Position numbers and translations under genes: made by a program | Shown: piece after piece, positions 39,719 through 51,395 of the stretch | How positions within the stretch are numbered: position 1 is the first letter of the stretch | How the letters are laid out: each line of letters starts with the position of its first letter | Source: an uncultured cyanobacterium | GTDB taxonomy: Bacteria > Cyanobacteriota > Cyanobacteriia > Cyanobacteriales > Nostocaceae | Reading direction: 5' to 3' | Assembly (NCBI GenBank): GCA_963740315.1 | Contig: CAVUDP010000001.1 | Coordinates: 320,001-384,000, forward strand | Length of the DNA stretch: 64,000 nt | The notes under the pieces: model-generated | The model's input: the letters and a program-made list of their open reading frames with translations, nothing else | What the model was told of the DNA's origin: nothing | Databases searched by the model: none

Positions 39719-40216
39719 ATGATGAAATTTTGGCAAGTACTAGCTAGCTTTGTCTTAGCTGCTGTTGTGCTTTTTTACCCTTTGTCGGCTGAAGCTGCAA
39801 GTTCTTCTAGTATTTCACGTGCGGCGGGGAATGAATTATCTGGGAAAGATTTATCCGGGCAAAGTTTGGTAGGAGAGGAATATACCACTCTAAGTTTAGA
39901 AGATACTAATTTTAGTAACGCCGATATGCGCGGTGCTGTTTTTAACGGCTCATTATTACAAAACTCAAATTTGCATGGTGTTGATTTCAGCAATGGTATA
40001 GCTTACTTAACAACCTTTACTGATGACGATTTCAGTGATGGAGTTTTTACCAATGCAATGATGTTACGTTCGATTTTTCGTAACGTTGATGTTACCGGCG
40101 CTGACTTTAGCGGTGCAATTTTAGACCGTGTAGAAGTTAAAAAACTTTGCGAAACAGCGAGTGGCGTTAATTCAAAAACCGGCGTGTCTACTCGTGCTTC
40201 TCTCGAATGTAGCTAG
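39719..40216 (+). CDS. Exported (lumenal/periplasmic) pentapeptide-repeat protein
   Basis: AEA signal cleavage site, pentapeptide repeats, LCETASGVNSKTGVSTRASLEC. Confidence 0.9.
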   Translation: MMKFWQVLASFVLAAVVLFYPLSAEAASSSSISRAAGNELSGKDLSGQSLVGEEYTTLSLEDTNFSNADMRGAVFNGSLLQNSNLHGVDFSNGIAYLTTFTDDDFSDGVFTNAMMLRSIFRNVDVTGADFSGAILDRVEVKKLCETASGVNSKTGVSTRASLECS

Positions 40217-40344
40217 TTGAAAGAATGGGGGGATAGGGTAGAGGGGGTAGAGGGGGTAGAGGGGGTAGAAATTCTACTTACTCAATACTCAATACTCAAT
40301 ACTCAATACTCCTCACTCCTCCCTCCTAACTGCTCGCTGGTTGT

Positions 40345-42177
40345 TTACTGAGTTTTTTGAACTTCCGGTTTTTGATACTTACCGGGATACTTTCGTCCGA
40401 AGTATTCTTCCATGACTTTTTTTACCATTGGTGCGGCGACGCTACCCCCACCACCTCCGGAGTGTTCGGCGAATCCTAATATGACGACTTCGGGTTTGTC
40501 TACGGGCGCATATCCGCCATACCAAGCATGATTTGCTTTGACGCGACTTGGCAACCATGCTTCTGCGGTTCCCGTTTTACCCGCATTTGGAGGAAGTGTT
40601 GGCGAGTTCATTAATTTAGCCGTACCATCTGTGATTACTTCCCGCAATCCTCTTTGAATCATTTTTGTGGTTGAAGGTTTCATTCCGATGTTTTCCCGCC
40701 ACTTCTTTTTCTCTTCGTTTGTTTTGAGAACGTGGGGCTTGACTAAATAGCCGCCGTTTGCTGGGATGGCAAACATTCTTGCTACTTGTAAAGGTGTAGC
40801 TAGTAAAGCACCTTGCCCGATTGACATATTGACTGAATCGCCTACCGTCCAATCGCGTTTCCACAATTTTCGTTGATAAGCGTTATCGGGTACAAAGCCT
40901 TTCGATTCGCTGAAGGAAAATTCTGAACCTGTTTGTGAGCCGAATCCAAAATTACGAGTCCATTTGATTAATTGCTCACCCCCGACTCTCGCGCCTACTT
41001 GATAAAAGAATGTATCGCTACTCCAAGCTAAAGCACCTGAAAAATTCAACGGACCAAATCCAGCATGGTTCCATTCATTAAAACGGTGTCCGCCAAAGAT
41101 TCGATAACCATAGGTTTGCAGCACTGTATTTGGAGAAAACTTACCCGATTCTAAACCCGCTGCTATAGTCACAACTTTAAAAGTACTTGCTGGAGGGTAA
41201 GCTCTGAAGGCACGATTGAGCATTGGATGCTTTTTACCCAAGAGTATTGCCTGTAACTCTTTTTGTGAGGGATTTTGCTTAGAAAATATGTTGGGATCGA
41301 ATGCAGGATAGGACACCATTGCCAAAATTCCACCGTTGTTGGGATCTAAGGCGATAATTGTTCCGGTACGTCCTTGCAAAGCTTTATAGGCAGCTTTTTG
41401 TAAATCCAAATCTATAGTTAATTCAATATCTTGACCGGGTTTTGCCTGTTTTACGCCTAATACTTTGATCGGACGACCTTTTCCGTCAACTTCCACTTGT
41501 TGACCGCCCCATTCTCCCCGTAAGGTAGTTTCAAATGCTCTTTCTACACCCATCTGTCCGATGACATCTCCGAGACGGTAGCCATCTTTCTTTTTCTTAG
41601 CCAATTGTTCTGCGGTAAGTTCGCGGGTGTAACCGAGTACGTGAGCTAATTCTGCGCCATGAGGATAGTAGCGTACTGCTTCTCGGTTAATTTCTACACC
41701 CGGTAGTTCGCTTTCATACTCTTTTAAAGCCGTAATTTGCTGGAGATTGATATCGCGAGCAATCCTGACTAAAGAAGAAGAGTTCTCACCAGCTTTTTCT
41801 AGTTCCTTTTGAATTTCTTCTTGGGGTATGCCCAGAATTTGAGATAAACGCGGACCTACTGTTTTCCATGACTCATCTTTTTTATGAGCCATAGGCCACA
41901 AATATACTGAGTGAGGATAGCGAGTTGTAGCTAACAGTTTTCCGTTTCGATCGAAAACATTACCTCGTTCTGGCTGTCGGAGAATCAAGCGAATGCGATT
42001 TTCCTCCGCTCGCTTACTAAAGCTTTCTCCTTTAACTACTTGTAAATATGCTAACCGACTAAGAATTCCGCTTGTCAGAAACAAAGTCAATACTAGTAAG
42101 AATATGGATTGGTATCCTTTGCCTACAGTACGCGCATCTTTTTTCTTGCCGATTGATGGTAATTGCAATAAAGTCAT
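40345..42177 (-). CDS. mrdA: Penicillin-binding protein 2
   Basis: RGNVFDRNG, YPPASTFK (SxxK), SSD, GKTGTAE. Confidence 0.93.
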   Translation of the reverse strand: MTLLQLPSIGKKKDARTVGKGYQSIFLLVLTLFLTSGILSRLAYLQVVKGESFSKRAEENRIRLILRQPERGNVFDRNGKLLATTRYPHSVYLWPMAHKKDESWKTVGPRLSQILGIPQEEIQKELEKAGENSSSLVRIARDINLQQITALKEYESELPGVEINREAVRYYPHGAELAHVLGYTRELTAEQLAKKKKDGYRLGDVIGQMGVERAFETTLRGEWGGQQVEVDGKGRPIKVLGVKQAKPGQDIELTIDLDLQKAAYKALQGRTGTIIALDPNNGGILAMVSYPAFDPNIFSKQNPSQKELQAILLGKKHPMLNRAFRAYPPASTFKVVTIAAGLESGKFSPNTVLQTYGYRIFGGHRFNEWNHAGFGPLNFSGALAWSSDTFFYQVGARVGGEQLIKWTRNFGFGSQTGSEFSFSESKGFVPDNAYQRKLWKRDWTVGDSVNMSIGQGALLATPLQVARMFAIPANGGYLVKPHVLKTNEEKKKWRENIGMKPSTTKMIQRGLREVITDGTAKLMNSPTLPPNAGKTGTAEAWLPSRVKANHAWYGGYAPVDKPEVVILGFAEHSGGGGGSVAAPMVKKVMEEYFGRKYPGKYQKPEVQKTQ

Positions 42178-42606
42178 AAGAAAAAAATTATAAAGAAAAT
42201 AGCATTATCTGTATACGATTGTGTCTCCATAGCAACCGGGAGACGACTGTTAAATAATTGAATAATTTTATTATGTTTTCGTGTATGTTTAGCTACTTTG
42301 TGCTAAATAATAAAAGCCCCAACCGATTTTGGATTTTGGATTTTGGATTTTAGTTTTAAGTTTAAACCAAGATGGTTTTAGTTATGGAAATTTTAAATAA
42401 TCGTAATTCGCTATACTACGCGGTCAGACTAAAATTCGTAAGCCCGATCGATGAATTCAAGTGTCAATTTGAGATGACGGCGAATACAAGTAGCAAGTAA
42501 TTTGTTTTTGACGTATACAATAAATCATCATTGCCTATAATAGTTAGCTGTCGAGACTACATTTATTGGCACAAATACGTACAAACACGCGGATTATAAA
42601 AGGATT

Positions 42607-43740
42607 ATGTCTCAAACTATAACGCAGCAGCAAGAGGATATGACGACTTTTGAGTCGCTTGATGTAGAACTGTCTGGAGTGTTCAAGTTTTTTAACAAAG
42701 AACCTGCTTTACAGGGGATAGATTTAGATGTCAGACAAGGAGAATTTTTTAGTATTCTCGGTCCATCGGGTTGTGGAAAGACAACTATCTTACGTTTAAT
42801 TGCTGGTTTTGAGAGAACTGACGTAGGTAAGGTCTTTATTCAAGGTCGTCCAATGGCTAAAGTTCCTCCTCACCGCATACCTGTCAATACCGTTTTTCAA
42901 AGTTATGCTTTGTTTGACCATCTCAATGTATGGGATAACATCGCCTTTGGCTTGAAATTAAAAAGATTAAGGAAACCTGAAATCGCTTCTAGAGTTAAAG
43001 AAGCTTTAGAACTCGTAAAAATGGAAAGTTTGCGATCGCGTTTTCCCCATCAACTTTCTGGCGGTCAACAGCAACGAGTCGCATTAGCGCGGGCTTTAGT
43101 CAATCGTCCGGCGGTGGTATTGTTAGACGAACCTCTAGGAGCGTTAGATTTAAAACTACGCAAGGAGATGCAGGTTGAGTTATTAAATTTACATCAAAAC
43201 TTGGGGTTAACTTTTATCATGGTAACTCATGACCAAGAGGAAGCGCTGTCGTTATCTCAACGTATTGCGGTAATGAATCAAGGTCAAATCGAGCAAATCG
43301 GCACTCCAAACGATATCTACGAGCAACCACTGACACCGTTTGTAGCTAATTTTATTGGCGATACTAATTTGCTCTCAGGGGAAATAGCAGATGTAGACGC
43401 AACAAATATTAAAGTTATTACCAAAGCCGGATTCTTCGTGATTGTTAAACGCGATTTACACACGCCTACTGGGGTATCCCAAAATGTAGTATTAAGCGTG
43501 CGTCCAGAAAAAATTCAGCTTTCACTATACAAACCTAGCGTTCAAAACAACTGTTTTGAAGGGCGCTTAATTAACATCATGTATTTAGGAACTCACGTTA
43601 ATTATGTAGTTGAGCTAACGCCTTCTTTACGTATTACCGTCATGCAGCCGAGTACGTTTGGGATGTTACCAGATCCCGAAACACCAATTTATGCTTGGTG
43701 GGCAGAGAATGATTGTTTGGCTTTGCTCGATCGTCAATAG
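42607..43740 (+). CDS. potA: Polyamine ABC transporter ATPase
   Basis: [40 protein letters not shown] tail. Confidence 0.9.
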   Translation: MSQTITQQQEDMTTFESLDVELSGVFKFFNKEPALQGIDLDVRQGEFFSILGPSGCGKTTILRLIAGFERTDVGKVFIQGRPMAKVPPHRIPVNTVFQSYALFDHLNVWDNIAFGLKLKRLRKPEIASRVKEALELVKMESLRSRFPHQLSGGQQQRVALARALVNRPAVVLLDEPLGALDLKLRKEMQVELLNLHQNLGLTFIMVTHDQEEALSLSQRIAVMNQGQIEQIGTPNDIYEQPLTPFVANFIGDTNLLSGEIADVDATNIKVITKAGFFVIVKRDLHTPTGVSQNVVLSVRPEKIQLSLYKPSVQNNCFEGRLINIMYLGTHVNYVVELTPSLRITVMQPSTFGMLPDPETPIYAWWAENDCLALLDRQ

Positions 43741-43810
43741 TTGAGTGTTTGAACGTCTAAATTTTTGATAAAAAACAGATAAAAAACAGATAAAAAACAA
43801 TAATTTATAA

Positions 43811-44896
43811 ATGATTAGAAGAAGAGAATTTATTACAGGGTTAGCTGCACTTTCTGGATTAATAACTGCAAGCTGCGGTTGGAGATTGGGCAATGTGAGA
43901 GCGTCTTCTCCCATAGCTGGTGCGCTTGATGAATTGCATCTTTTTACTTGGACTCAATATACTGATAGTCAATTATTAAAAACCTTTAGTACTCAAACTG
44001 GTGTCAAAGTACTTGCAGATGTATATGATGCCAATGAGGTAATGTTGGCTAAGTTACAAGCGAGTGGTGGCGGTACTTATAGCTTAATTTATCCATCCGA
44101 CTACATGGTAGAGAAGATGGTAAAAAAAGAATTATTAAAACAACTCAATCAAAAGCGTTTAATCGGGTTAGATAATTTATTTCCTCGGTTTCAAAATGCG
44201 GAATACGATCCAAATAATACTTATAGCGTCCCCGTAAGTTGGGGTACTACCGGCTTTATTTATAATTCCGAAAAACTAAACACAGCACCTGAAGACTGGG
44301 ATTATCTTTGGCAAAATCAAGAAAAACTTTCCAAGCGAATCACCCTACTTAATGATGCGCGGGAAGTGATTGGTGGAGTTTTAAAAATGTTGGGTTATTC
44401 TTACAATTCTCAGAATGAGAAGCACATCGAACAAGCTTATGAAAAACTGCAAGCTTTGAAACCTGATTTAGCTGCCTTTAGTACCGATGCATGGCGCAAT
44501 CAAATCATGTCAGGGGATTTAATTTTAGCAATGTGTTATTCATCAGATGCTTTTCAGATAACAAGAGAAAACCCCAAGCTCAAATATATAACACCTAAAA
44601 GCGGTTCATCTTTATGGACAGATACAATTGCGATTCCTACAACAACCAGTAATATAGATGGTGCTTATGAATGGATAAACTTCATGTTAAAACCAGAAGT
44701 AGCAGCACGCATGAGTAAACGTTTAGGTATTGCTACCCCAAATCGCGCCGGTTTTGAATTATTACCGCCCGAAATTCAAAATAATCCCACTTTATTTCCA
44801 TCAGAAGATGTTTTACAAAAATGCGAGCGTCTTAGTCCGATTGGAAATTTGGAAGAGGTTTACGAGCGTTATTGGACTAAATTAACAAGCGGTTAG
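43811..44896 (+). CDS. potD: Polyamine ABC transporter substrate-binding lipoprotein
   Basis: RRREF twin-Arg, TASC lipobox, PSDYMV, WGTTGFIYN. Confidence 0.88.
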   Translation: MIRRREFITGLAALSGLITASCGWRLGNVRASSPIAGALDELHLFTWTQYTDSQLLKTFSTQTGVKVLADVYDANEVMLAKLQASGGGTYSLIYPSDYMVEKMVKKELLKQLNQKRLIGLDNLFPRFQNAEYDPNNTYSVPVSWGTTGFIYNSEKLNTAPEDWDYLWQNQEKLSKRITLLNDAREVIGGVLKMLGYSYNSQNEKHIEQAYEKLQALKPDLAAFSTDAWRNQIMSGDLILAMCYSSDAFQITRENPKLKYITPKSGSSLWTDTIAIPTTTSNIDGAYEWINFMLKPEVAARMSKRLGIATPNRAGFELLPPEIQNNPTLFPSEDVLQKCERLSPIGNLEEVYERYWTKLTSG

Positions 44897-45046
44897 GAGT
44901 TAGGACCACCGGAGTTAGGAGTTAAAAGTTAGGAGTTAAGAGTTATGTGAAAAGTACAATAGTTTCTTCTCGATAGAAGATTACCGAGAAAAAAAGCGCA
45001 GAGGTAAGAAATAAGAGGGATAGGTAATTTTATCGCAGAATAGGAG

Positions 45047-45213
45047 TAGTCCTATTTATAGGACTTCTGCTATTAGCTTGAGGTTTGCAACCTCAAGTGG
45101 GCTTGAATGCCTTCTTGGGTAATTTTAAATTCTATAAAATTTTATAGTTTAGGATTCAAACCCGCCTGGGAATCAATTCCCAGCCTAATAGCTCAAGTCC
45201 ATTAAAATGGACT
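45047..45213. mobile_element. MITE/REP-like multi-hairpin element between potD and potB
   Basis: agtcctatttataggact...gctattag / ctaatagc...agtccattaaaatggact mirror arms. Confidence 0.65.
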
Positions 45214-45361
45214 AAATTATTAAATCATACTTTCTTTGGGCTTCGACTATTTATTTTTTTAATTTAATAACTCCCAATTCCGGTGGTCCTAATTCCTAAC
45301 TCCGGTGGTTCTAATTCCCAATTCCTAATTCCTAATTCCTAACTCCTAACTTTTAAATTCC

Positions 45362-46267
45362 ATGACTACCGAAATCCAATCTTCCCAACCGCTTGATTAT
45401 CAAAAAATAAAATCCCGAAATTCAGGACAAAACTGGTTTCAAGCTTTAGCATTATTAGCCCCTGCTGGTATCTGGCTGTTACTGTTATTAGTATTACCAA
45501 CACTGATAATCATTGAATTAAGCTTTGTACCGGGAATTAGACCTGGAGATATTGTAAATCCTTCCAGTTTTGAAAACTATCTGCGTATAATTGACCCTCT
45601 TTATTTACAGGTAATTAAACGTTCTTTACTGTTAGCATTAGCTACCACAGTTATTTGTTTAGTTTTAGGTTTTCCCGTTGCATTTTGGATTGCACGGATG
45701 GCACCGAAAAGATGGCGAAATCTGTTACTTCTTGCCTTTATTTTACCTTTATGGACTTCTTCTTTGCTTCGTTCTTATGCATGGATTACAATTTTACGTC
45801 CTACAGGTTTGCTCAATACTGCATTAACTTATTTCAACTTACCAACTTTAGATTTACTCAATAGCACGAAAGCTGTATTAATTGGCATGAGCTACAATTT
45901 GCTGCCTTACATGGTTTTAATTCTGTACGCTTCCTTAGAAAAACTTGACAAACGCTTGCTCGAAGCGGCATCCGATTTAGGAGCAAATTCCATACAGGTA
46001 TTTTTCAAAGTAACCGTACCTCAAATTTTTCCCGGTATTGCTGCTGCTTCGATGCTGGTATTTATCACGGGTTTGGGAGATTACGTTAACCCTGAATTGC
46101 TTGGTGGTGCAGCTAGTATGACTTTCTCAAGATTAATTTATAATCAGTTTCTTGGAGCGGCTCAAAACTGGGGATTTGGTTCCGCTTTGAGTACGGTATT
46201 AATTTTGCTCGTAAGTTTGGCGATCGCGTTTTTAATCAAGTTTGGCGATACTACATCCGAAAGGTAA
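45362..46267 (+). CDS. potB: Polyamine ABC transporter permease
   Basis: LPLWTSSLLRSYAW, LLEAASDLGA EAA motif, NWGFGSALS. Confidence 0.88.
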   Translation: MTTEIQSSQPLDYQKIKSRNSGQNWFQALALLAPAGIWLLLLLVLPTLIIIELSFVPGIRPGDIVNPSSFENYLRIIDPLYLQVIKRSLLLALATTVICLVLGFPVAFWIARMAPKRWRNLLLLAFILPLWTSSLLRSYAWITILRPTGLLNTALTYFNLPTLDLLNSTKAVLIGMSYNLLPYMVLILYASLEKLDKRLLEAASDLGANSIQVFFKVTVPQIFPGIAAASMLVFITGLGDYVNPELLGGAASMTFSRLIYNQFLGAAQNWGFGSALSTVLILLVSLAIAFLIKFGDTTSER

Positions 46268-47062
46268 CTTTTTACACCGATCTGGGATGGGCTTCTAACC
46301 CGTCCTAAATTCTCAAAATCTGTTAATCAACGCAACAACTAAGTATCTACAGAATAAATAAAAATTGCGATCGCTTGATTTTTTTAGCAGTCAAATAATA
46401 AAAAAATATTAAGTAAAAGCTAATTTTAAATTTAATTTTAAATCTAATTATATTTTTAATTTATAAAAGATAATCTATTCTAAATAACGGATAATTAACC
46501 GTTTTTTGGCTTGCAACAAGTACAAATACTTGATAAATAGTTAGTTTCATTTATAAAATAAATATTAAATTATGGTGTTAAAAGCTGCATAACTCAACGC
46601 AAATAGTAGGATAGTGTTTGAAAATAAACAAGTACATATGCAGTCTCAAAATATAATCTTTTGGGAAATGGTCAGAACTAGCATCAACCAAAAACCTAAC
46701 TTATAGAAATATTTTAGTAAGTACAGCAAACTCTAACTATACTGTTTTTGTTAAAAAAAAATCCTAAAAATTGATGTAATACCGTCCAATTTATACCAAA
46801 TAATTGCAGAGTTGTAGATATGGCAGCATGATGAAGTAATTGCCTCAAAAAAGACTATTCTGTATATTATTAATAACTGCTCGGTGATATTAGACGCTAA
46901 AAAGATAAAGTTTGTACGTCTTTAGTTAGAGTGCAAAAAAAAAATAATCCGCTATGTCTAAAAAAGTGAAGGGTATATTGCAGATTGATAGCTTTACCTT
47001 TTACCAATTTATGATGCAAAAATCTGTTAAAAGCAATCAAAATTCATCCTATCGGAGTTACA

Positions 47063-49483
47063 ATGTCAGAATTAATTCAATCAATTTTAGACAGTGAAGA
47101 AAAAAGCGATTTCCGGTCTTTACTGAGCGAACTACGTCAAGGTGAAAAGAGCTATTTGCTACGTAACGACATACTTAACGCTTATAGCGAATACTGTTCT
47201 AAGCATAAAAAAACAGACGAATTTTATACAGGTTCAAATTTAAGTAAATTAATTTATTATACTCAAGAAATTATTAGAGAAGAATCAAGCTTCTGTTTTA
47301 TAATTCGTCCGAAAATTGCTTCTCAAGAAGTCTATCGCTTAACGGCAGACTTAAAAATTGAGAATATGACAACTCCTGAACTGCTAAATGTACGCGATCG
47401 CTTCGTAAATAAATATAATCCTCAAGAAGGCGATCTATTAGAGCTTGATTTTGCTCCTTTTTACGACTATTCTCCTCAAATTCGCGACCCAAAAAATATC
47501 GGCAACGGATTACAGTTTCTCAACCGCTATCTCTCCAGCAAGCTATTTGCAGACTCCGAACAATGGCTGAAAAGTTTGTTTGACTTCCTTCAATTGCACC
47601 AATACAACGGCGTTCAACTGTTAATTAATAGTAGTATAAAATCTCAGCAGCATCTTTCTGAACAACTCAAAAAAGCTATAGATTTAGTAGGCGATCGTCC
47701 CCAGGAACAACCTTACGAAGAATTTCGCTTTGAGTTGCAAGCGATGGGTTTTGAACCCGGTTGGGGTAACACCGCCGCTCGCGTTTTAGAAACTCTAAAT
47801 ATTCTCGATGATTTAATGGATTCTCCAGATCCTCAAACCTTGGAAGCGTTTATTTCGCGCATTCCGATGATTTTCAAAATCGTCTTGGTGTCTACCCACG
47901 GTTGGTTTGCTCAAGAGGGAGTTTTAGGTCGTCCCGATACTGGAGGTCAGGTAGTTTATGTTCTCGACCAAGCTAAGGGTTTAGAAACACAACTGCAAGA
48001 AGACGCACAACTTGCAGGTTTAGAAAAATTAAACGTGCAGCCAAAAGTTATTATTTTAACTCGTTTAATTCCTAATAGCGATGGTACTTTGTGTAACCAA
48101 CGTTTAGAGAAAGTCCACGGTACGCAAAACGCCTGGATTTTACGAGTTCCGTTACGAGAATTCAATCCTAATATGACTCAAAATTGGATTTCTCGATTTG
48201 AATTTTGGCCTTATTTAGAAACTTTTGCTATTGATGCCCAGAAAGAATTATTAGCAGAGTTTCAAGGCAGACCCGATTTAATTGTTGGTAACTATACCGA
48301 CGGTAACTTAATTGCATTTTTATTATCGCGTCGTCTGAAGGTAACTCAATGTAACGTTGCCCACGCTTTGGAAAAATCGAAATATTTATTTAGTAACCTA
48401 TACTGGCAAGATTTAGAAGATAAATATCATTTTTCCCTGCAATTTACTGCCGATTTAATTGCCATGAATTCTGCTAACTTTATTATCAGCAGCACCTATC
48501 AAGAAATTGTGGGAACGCCCGATAGTATAGGACAGTATGAATCCTATAAATGCTTTACCATGCCAGATTTGTATCATGTGGTAAATGGAATTGAACTGTC
48601 TAGCCCCAAGTTTAATGTAGTACCGCCAGGAGTTAATGAAAATTGCTTCTTTCCCTATTCGCGAAAAGAAGAACGTGTGGAAAGCGATCGCCAAAGACTA
48701 GAAGAATTGCTGTTTACTTTAGAAGATGAGACTCAGGTTTTTGGTAAACTTGACAACCCAAACAAACGCCCTTTATTTTCAATGGCGCGTTTAGATAGAA
48801 TTAAAAATCTTACAGGTTTAGCAGAATGTTTCGGTCAAAGCAATGAATTACAAGAGCATTGTAATTTAATTTTGGTAGCCGGAAAATTGCGCGTTGAGGA
48901 ATCGGGAGATAACGAAGAACGGGATCAAATTATCAAACTTTATGATGTGATTGAAAAATATAACCTTTATGGTAAAGTTCGCTGGCTGGGCGTGCGTTTG
49001 TCCAAAGCCGATTCTGGTGAAGTTTACCGAGTAATAGCCGATCGCAAAGGATTTTTTGTTCAACCTGCTTTGTTTGAAGCTTTCGGTTTAACAATTTTAG
49101 AATCGATGATTTCTGGATTACCAACTTTTGGAACCCAATTCGGCGGACCTTTGGAAATTATTCAAGATAAAGTAAATGGGTTTTATATTAATCCGACCAA
49201 CTTAGAAGAAACAGCCAGCAAAATATTGGATTTTATTACCGAGTGCGAACAAAATCCTAACTATTGGAATGAAATTTCTCAAGCTGGTATTGACAGAGTT
49301 TACAGTACTTATACTTGGAAAATTCACGTGAATAAGTTGTTAACTTTAGCGCGAATTTATGGCTTTTGGAATTTTACTTCTCAAGAACAACGAGAAGATT
49401 TGTTGCGCTATCTCGAATCATTATTTTACTTAATGTATAAGCCCAGAGCGCAACAACTACTCAAACAGCATCAATATCGTTAA
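47063..49483 (+). CDS. susA: Sucrose synthase
   Basis: 806 aa; LGRPDTGGQVVY, HALEKSKY, MARLDRIKN, EAFGLT; N-terminus resembles Anabaena SusA as I recall it. Confidence 0.93.
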   Translation: MSELIQSILDSEEKSDFRSLLSELRQGEKSYLLRNDILNAYSEYCSKHKKTDEFYTGSNLSKLIYYTQEIIREESSFCFIIRPKIASQEVYRLTADLKIENMTTPELLNVRDRFVNKYNPQEGDLLELDFAPFYDYSPQIRDPKNIGNGLQFLNRYLSSKLFADSEQWLKSLFDFLQLHQYNGVQLLINSSIKSQQHLSEQLKKAIDLVGDRPQEQPYEEFRFELQAMGFEPGWGNTAARVLETLNILDDLMDSPDPQTLEAFISRIPMIFKIVLVSTHGWFAQEGVLGRPDTGGQVVYVLDQAKGLETQLQEDAQLAGLEKLNVQPKVIILTRLIPNSDGTLCNQRLEKVHGTQNAWILRVPLREFNPNMTQNWISRFEFWPYLETFAIDAQKELLAEFQGRPDLIVGNYTDGNLIAFLLSRRLKVTQCNVAHALEKSKYLFSNLYWQDLEDKYHFSLQFTADLIAMNSANFIISSTYQEIVGTPDSIGQYESYKCFTMPDLYHVVNGIELSSPKFNVVPPGVNENCFFPYSRKEERVESDRQRLEELLFTLEDETQVFGKLDNPNKRPLFSMARLDRIKNLTGLAECFGQSNELQEHCNLILVAGKLRVEESGDNEERDQIIKLYDVIEKYNLYGKVRWLGVRLSKADSGEVYRVIADRKGFFVQPALFEAFGLTILESMISGLPTFGTQFGGPLEIIQDKVNGFYINPTNLEETASKILDFITECEQNPNYWNEISQAGIDRVYSTYTWKIHVNKLLTLARIYGFWNFTSQEQREDLLRYLESLFYLMYKPRAQQLLKQHQYR

Positions 49484-49504
49484 ATATAAGCTCTTATATA
49501 GAGT

Positions 49505-50200
49505 TTAAATACTTACGGTAGACTCGCCGAAATTCACGACAAAGCTTCTTTGCCAAGGATCGAGTGGCTGGTTGCCAAACATCGGAATTTCCATCGGGTC
49601 TTTTTTTGCATGGAATGCAGCGTATCTTGTTAATTCTCGCCAAGTCCGAGATCCAACTATCCCATCTGCCGTCAATCGTCGATTAGCTTGAAAGGCTTTT
49701 ACCGCTGTCTCTGTAAGTACATCAAATCTTCCATTTACCCCTACGCCGTAACGATTGTGCGTTAGAAGCGTTTGCAAGACTCGAACAGCATTACCAGTAT
49801 TACCGTAACGTAAAACTGGTAGTGCTTGACCTTGATAATATTGCGCCAGTAAACGTTCTTCTGCATCATATAAGGGCGTTTGCGGCATATCCCACTCTTT
49901 TCCAGGAGCAAGTCTGAGGCTTTCTGGAAAAGTGAAAGACGAAGCATTCATAGACGCTGTTTTTAATACAGGATTAAAAGCAACTCTTCTCTGATGCGAG
50001 GAAACTTTGTCTGGAACAATACTTAGTATTTTATGATACGTTTTTTGAGCGGACAATCTGGGTTGATGACTGGTCTGAGCGATAGAAATCAATCGTTGCT
50101 GGACTTTATCCGGTTGGATTCTAACTAGAGTTGAGAATGTAGGCAGAAACGGTTGCCCCTGCGTTATAAAGCTTGCCACTAGCAAAGCCAGTACGGTCAT
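49505..50200 (-). CDS. Peptidoglycan-binding domain protein
   Basis: LRYGNTGNAVRVLQTLL...GRFDVLTETAVKAFQ...DGIVGSRTW. Confidence 0.88.
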   Translation of the reverse strand: MTVLALLVASFITQGQPFLPTFSTLVRIQPDKVQQRLISIAQTSHQPRLSAQKTYHKILSIVPDKVSSHQRRVAFNPVLKTASMNASSFTFPESLRLAPGKEWDMPQTPLYDAEERLLAQYYQGQALPVLRYGNTGNAVRVLQTLLTHNRYGVGVNGRFDVLTETAVKAFQANRRLTADGIVGSRTWRELTRYAAFHAKKDPMEIPMFGNQPLDPWQRSFVVNFGESTVSI

Positions 50201-50252
50201 CTATTTGACCTCCTAATACCTACACTACTTATGACAGCCCCCTAAGTGTACA

Positions 50253-50290
50253 TCCGGAAAAACTCTAGCGGCAAATGTATCATATGCTAC
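50253..50290 (-). promoter_or_regulatory. DIF1-type TCCGGA motif plus NtcA consensus site
   Basis: TCCGGA at 50253-50258; GTA-TCATATGC-TAC at 50277-50290. Confidence 0.55.
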
Positions 50291-50345
50291 CTATAAAATT
50301 ATTAGTTTTAGAGTATGATTCAAAGTATTTTCTTCTACATTGTTA

Positions 50346-51050
50346 TTACCTTGTCAATTCTCCCCAAGTCTGTTGTCCAACTACACCATCTGTAATTAAA
50401 TTCCGGTTACTTTGGAAAGCTTTGACAGCAGCTTCTGTAAGAGCGCCAAAATTTCCATCAACTCTAACTCGATAGCCATTAGCTAATAACAGTCGCTGCA
50501 ATACTCTAACCGACACATTAGAAGTGCCAAAACTCAAAATTGGCAAGCTTTGAGTATAGCTGCCAACAAACTTTCGTGAATTAATTTGTTTTGATTGGTT
50601 AGAGCCTCCTGCAATATCTTGTAATCGAGAAGGAAGTCGAGGAGTATTTTCTATTGCGTCTGTCAAACTAGATGGAGTTGAAGGCAATATGATTCTACTT
50701 GTTGTTAAAGGCGCGGTATCTTTTGGGGAACTTTTTAAAATAATTGGTTTTGTTGCAGTTAGAGAACGCCGAGCCAAGCGACAACAATCAAGGGATTCAA
50801 TTTTATTTCTGATTTTTCTAAGTACATTTTCATTCTTTGGTGAAAAAACTGTTGAAGCTAGTTGAATTCCATTCGGTTGAATAAATTCTGGTGGTGTAAT
50901 GCGAGCAGGAGTAATTAAGCCAGTCGATTGAATAAGATTTGATTGTTTAACACCTATATCAATCTCTACTGCTATTTCATTAAATAAATAGGGCACAGAT
51001 GGATGTCCAGTTGCAAGGGCACTCGTTATCAGCAAGCCAATATCATTCAT
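50346..51050 (-). CDS. Peptidoglycan-binding domain protein (paralog)
   Basis: VRVLQRLL...DGNFGALTEAAVKAFQ...DGVVGQQTW. Confidence 0.88.
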   Translation of the reverse strand: MNDIGLLITSALATGHPSVPYLFNEIAVEIDIGVKQSNLIQSTGLITPARITPPEFIQPNGIQLASTVFSPKNENVLRKIRNKIESLDCCRLARRSLTATKPIILKSSPKDTAPLTTSRIILPSTPSSLTDAIENTPRLPSRLQDIAGGSNQSKQINSRKFVGSYTQSLPILSFGTSNVSVRVLQRLLLANGYRVRVDGNFGALTEAAVKAFQSNRNLITDGVVGQQTWGELTR

Positions 51051-51106
51051 GGTATTTCATTTTACTAATACCCATATTTTCTTTACACAGAGTTTCCTAC
51101 TGTTCT

Positions 51107-51112
51107 TCCGGA
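51107..51112 (-). promoter_or_regulatory. DIF1-type TCCGGA motif
   Basis: About 57 nt upstream of the 51050 start, matching the ~53 nt position in the paralog. Confidence 0.5.
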
Positions 51113-51352
51113 AAACTGCGTACTTATACCTAAAAAAACAGTTTATTTTTGCCGAAAAATTGGAATAGTCGCCTGGTGCCCTTGTGAAGGTAAGTAGATG
51201 CAAGCGTGAATAGAAATCAAACATTTTTCTCTATATTAAGAACGCAAAATACTAAAAATTCAAAAACAAATGACCGTGATAAGCTATCTTTTTACTTTAT
51301 GTTTCCTTCCTTGCTTTAAATTCAACCTCTGAATTTTATTAGTATTTGTGCA

Positions 51353-51395
51353 ATTGTAATCTGCAATCAACTTATAGAACTGTAATTCCTGTTAC
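51353..51395 (-). promoter_or_regulatory. Class II NtcA-type promoter
   Basis: GTA-ATTCCTGT-TAC at 51382-51395, 23-nt spacer, minus-strand TACAAT at 51358-51353. Confidence 0.55.
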
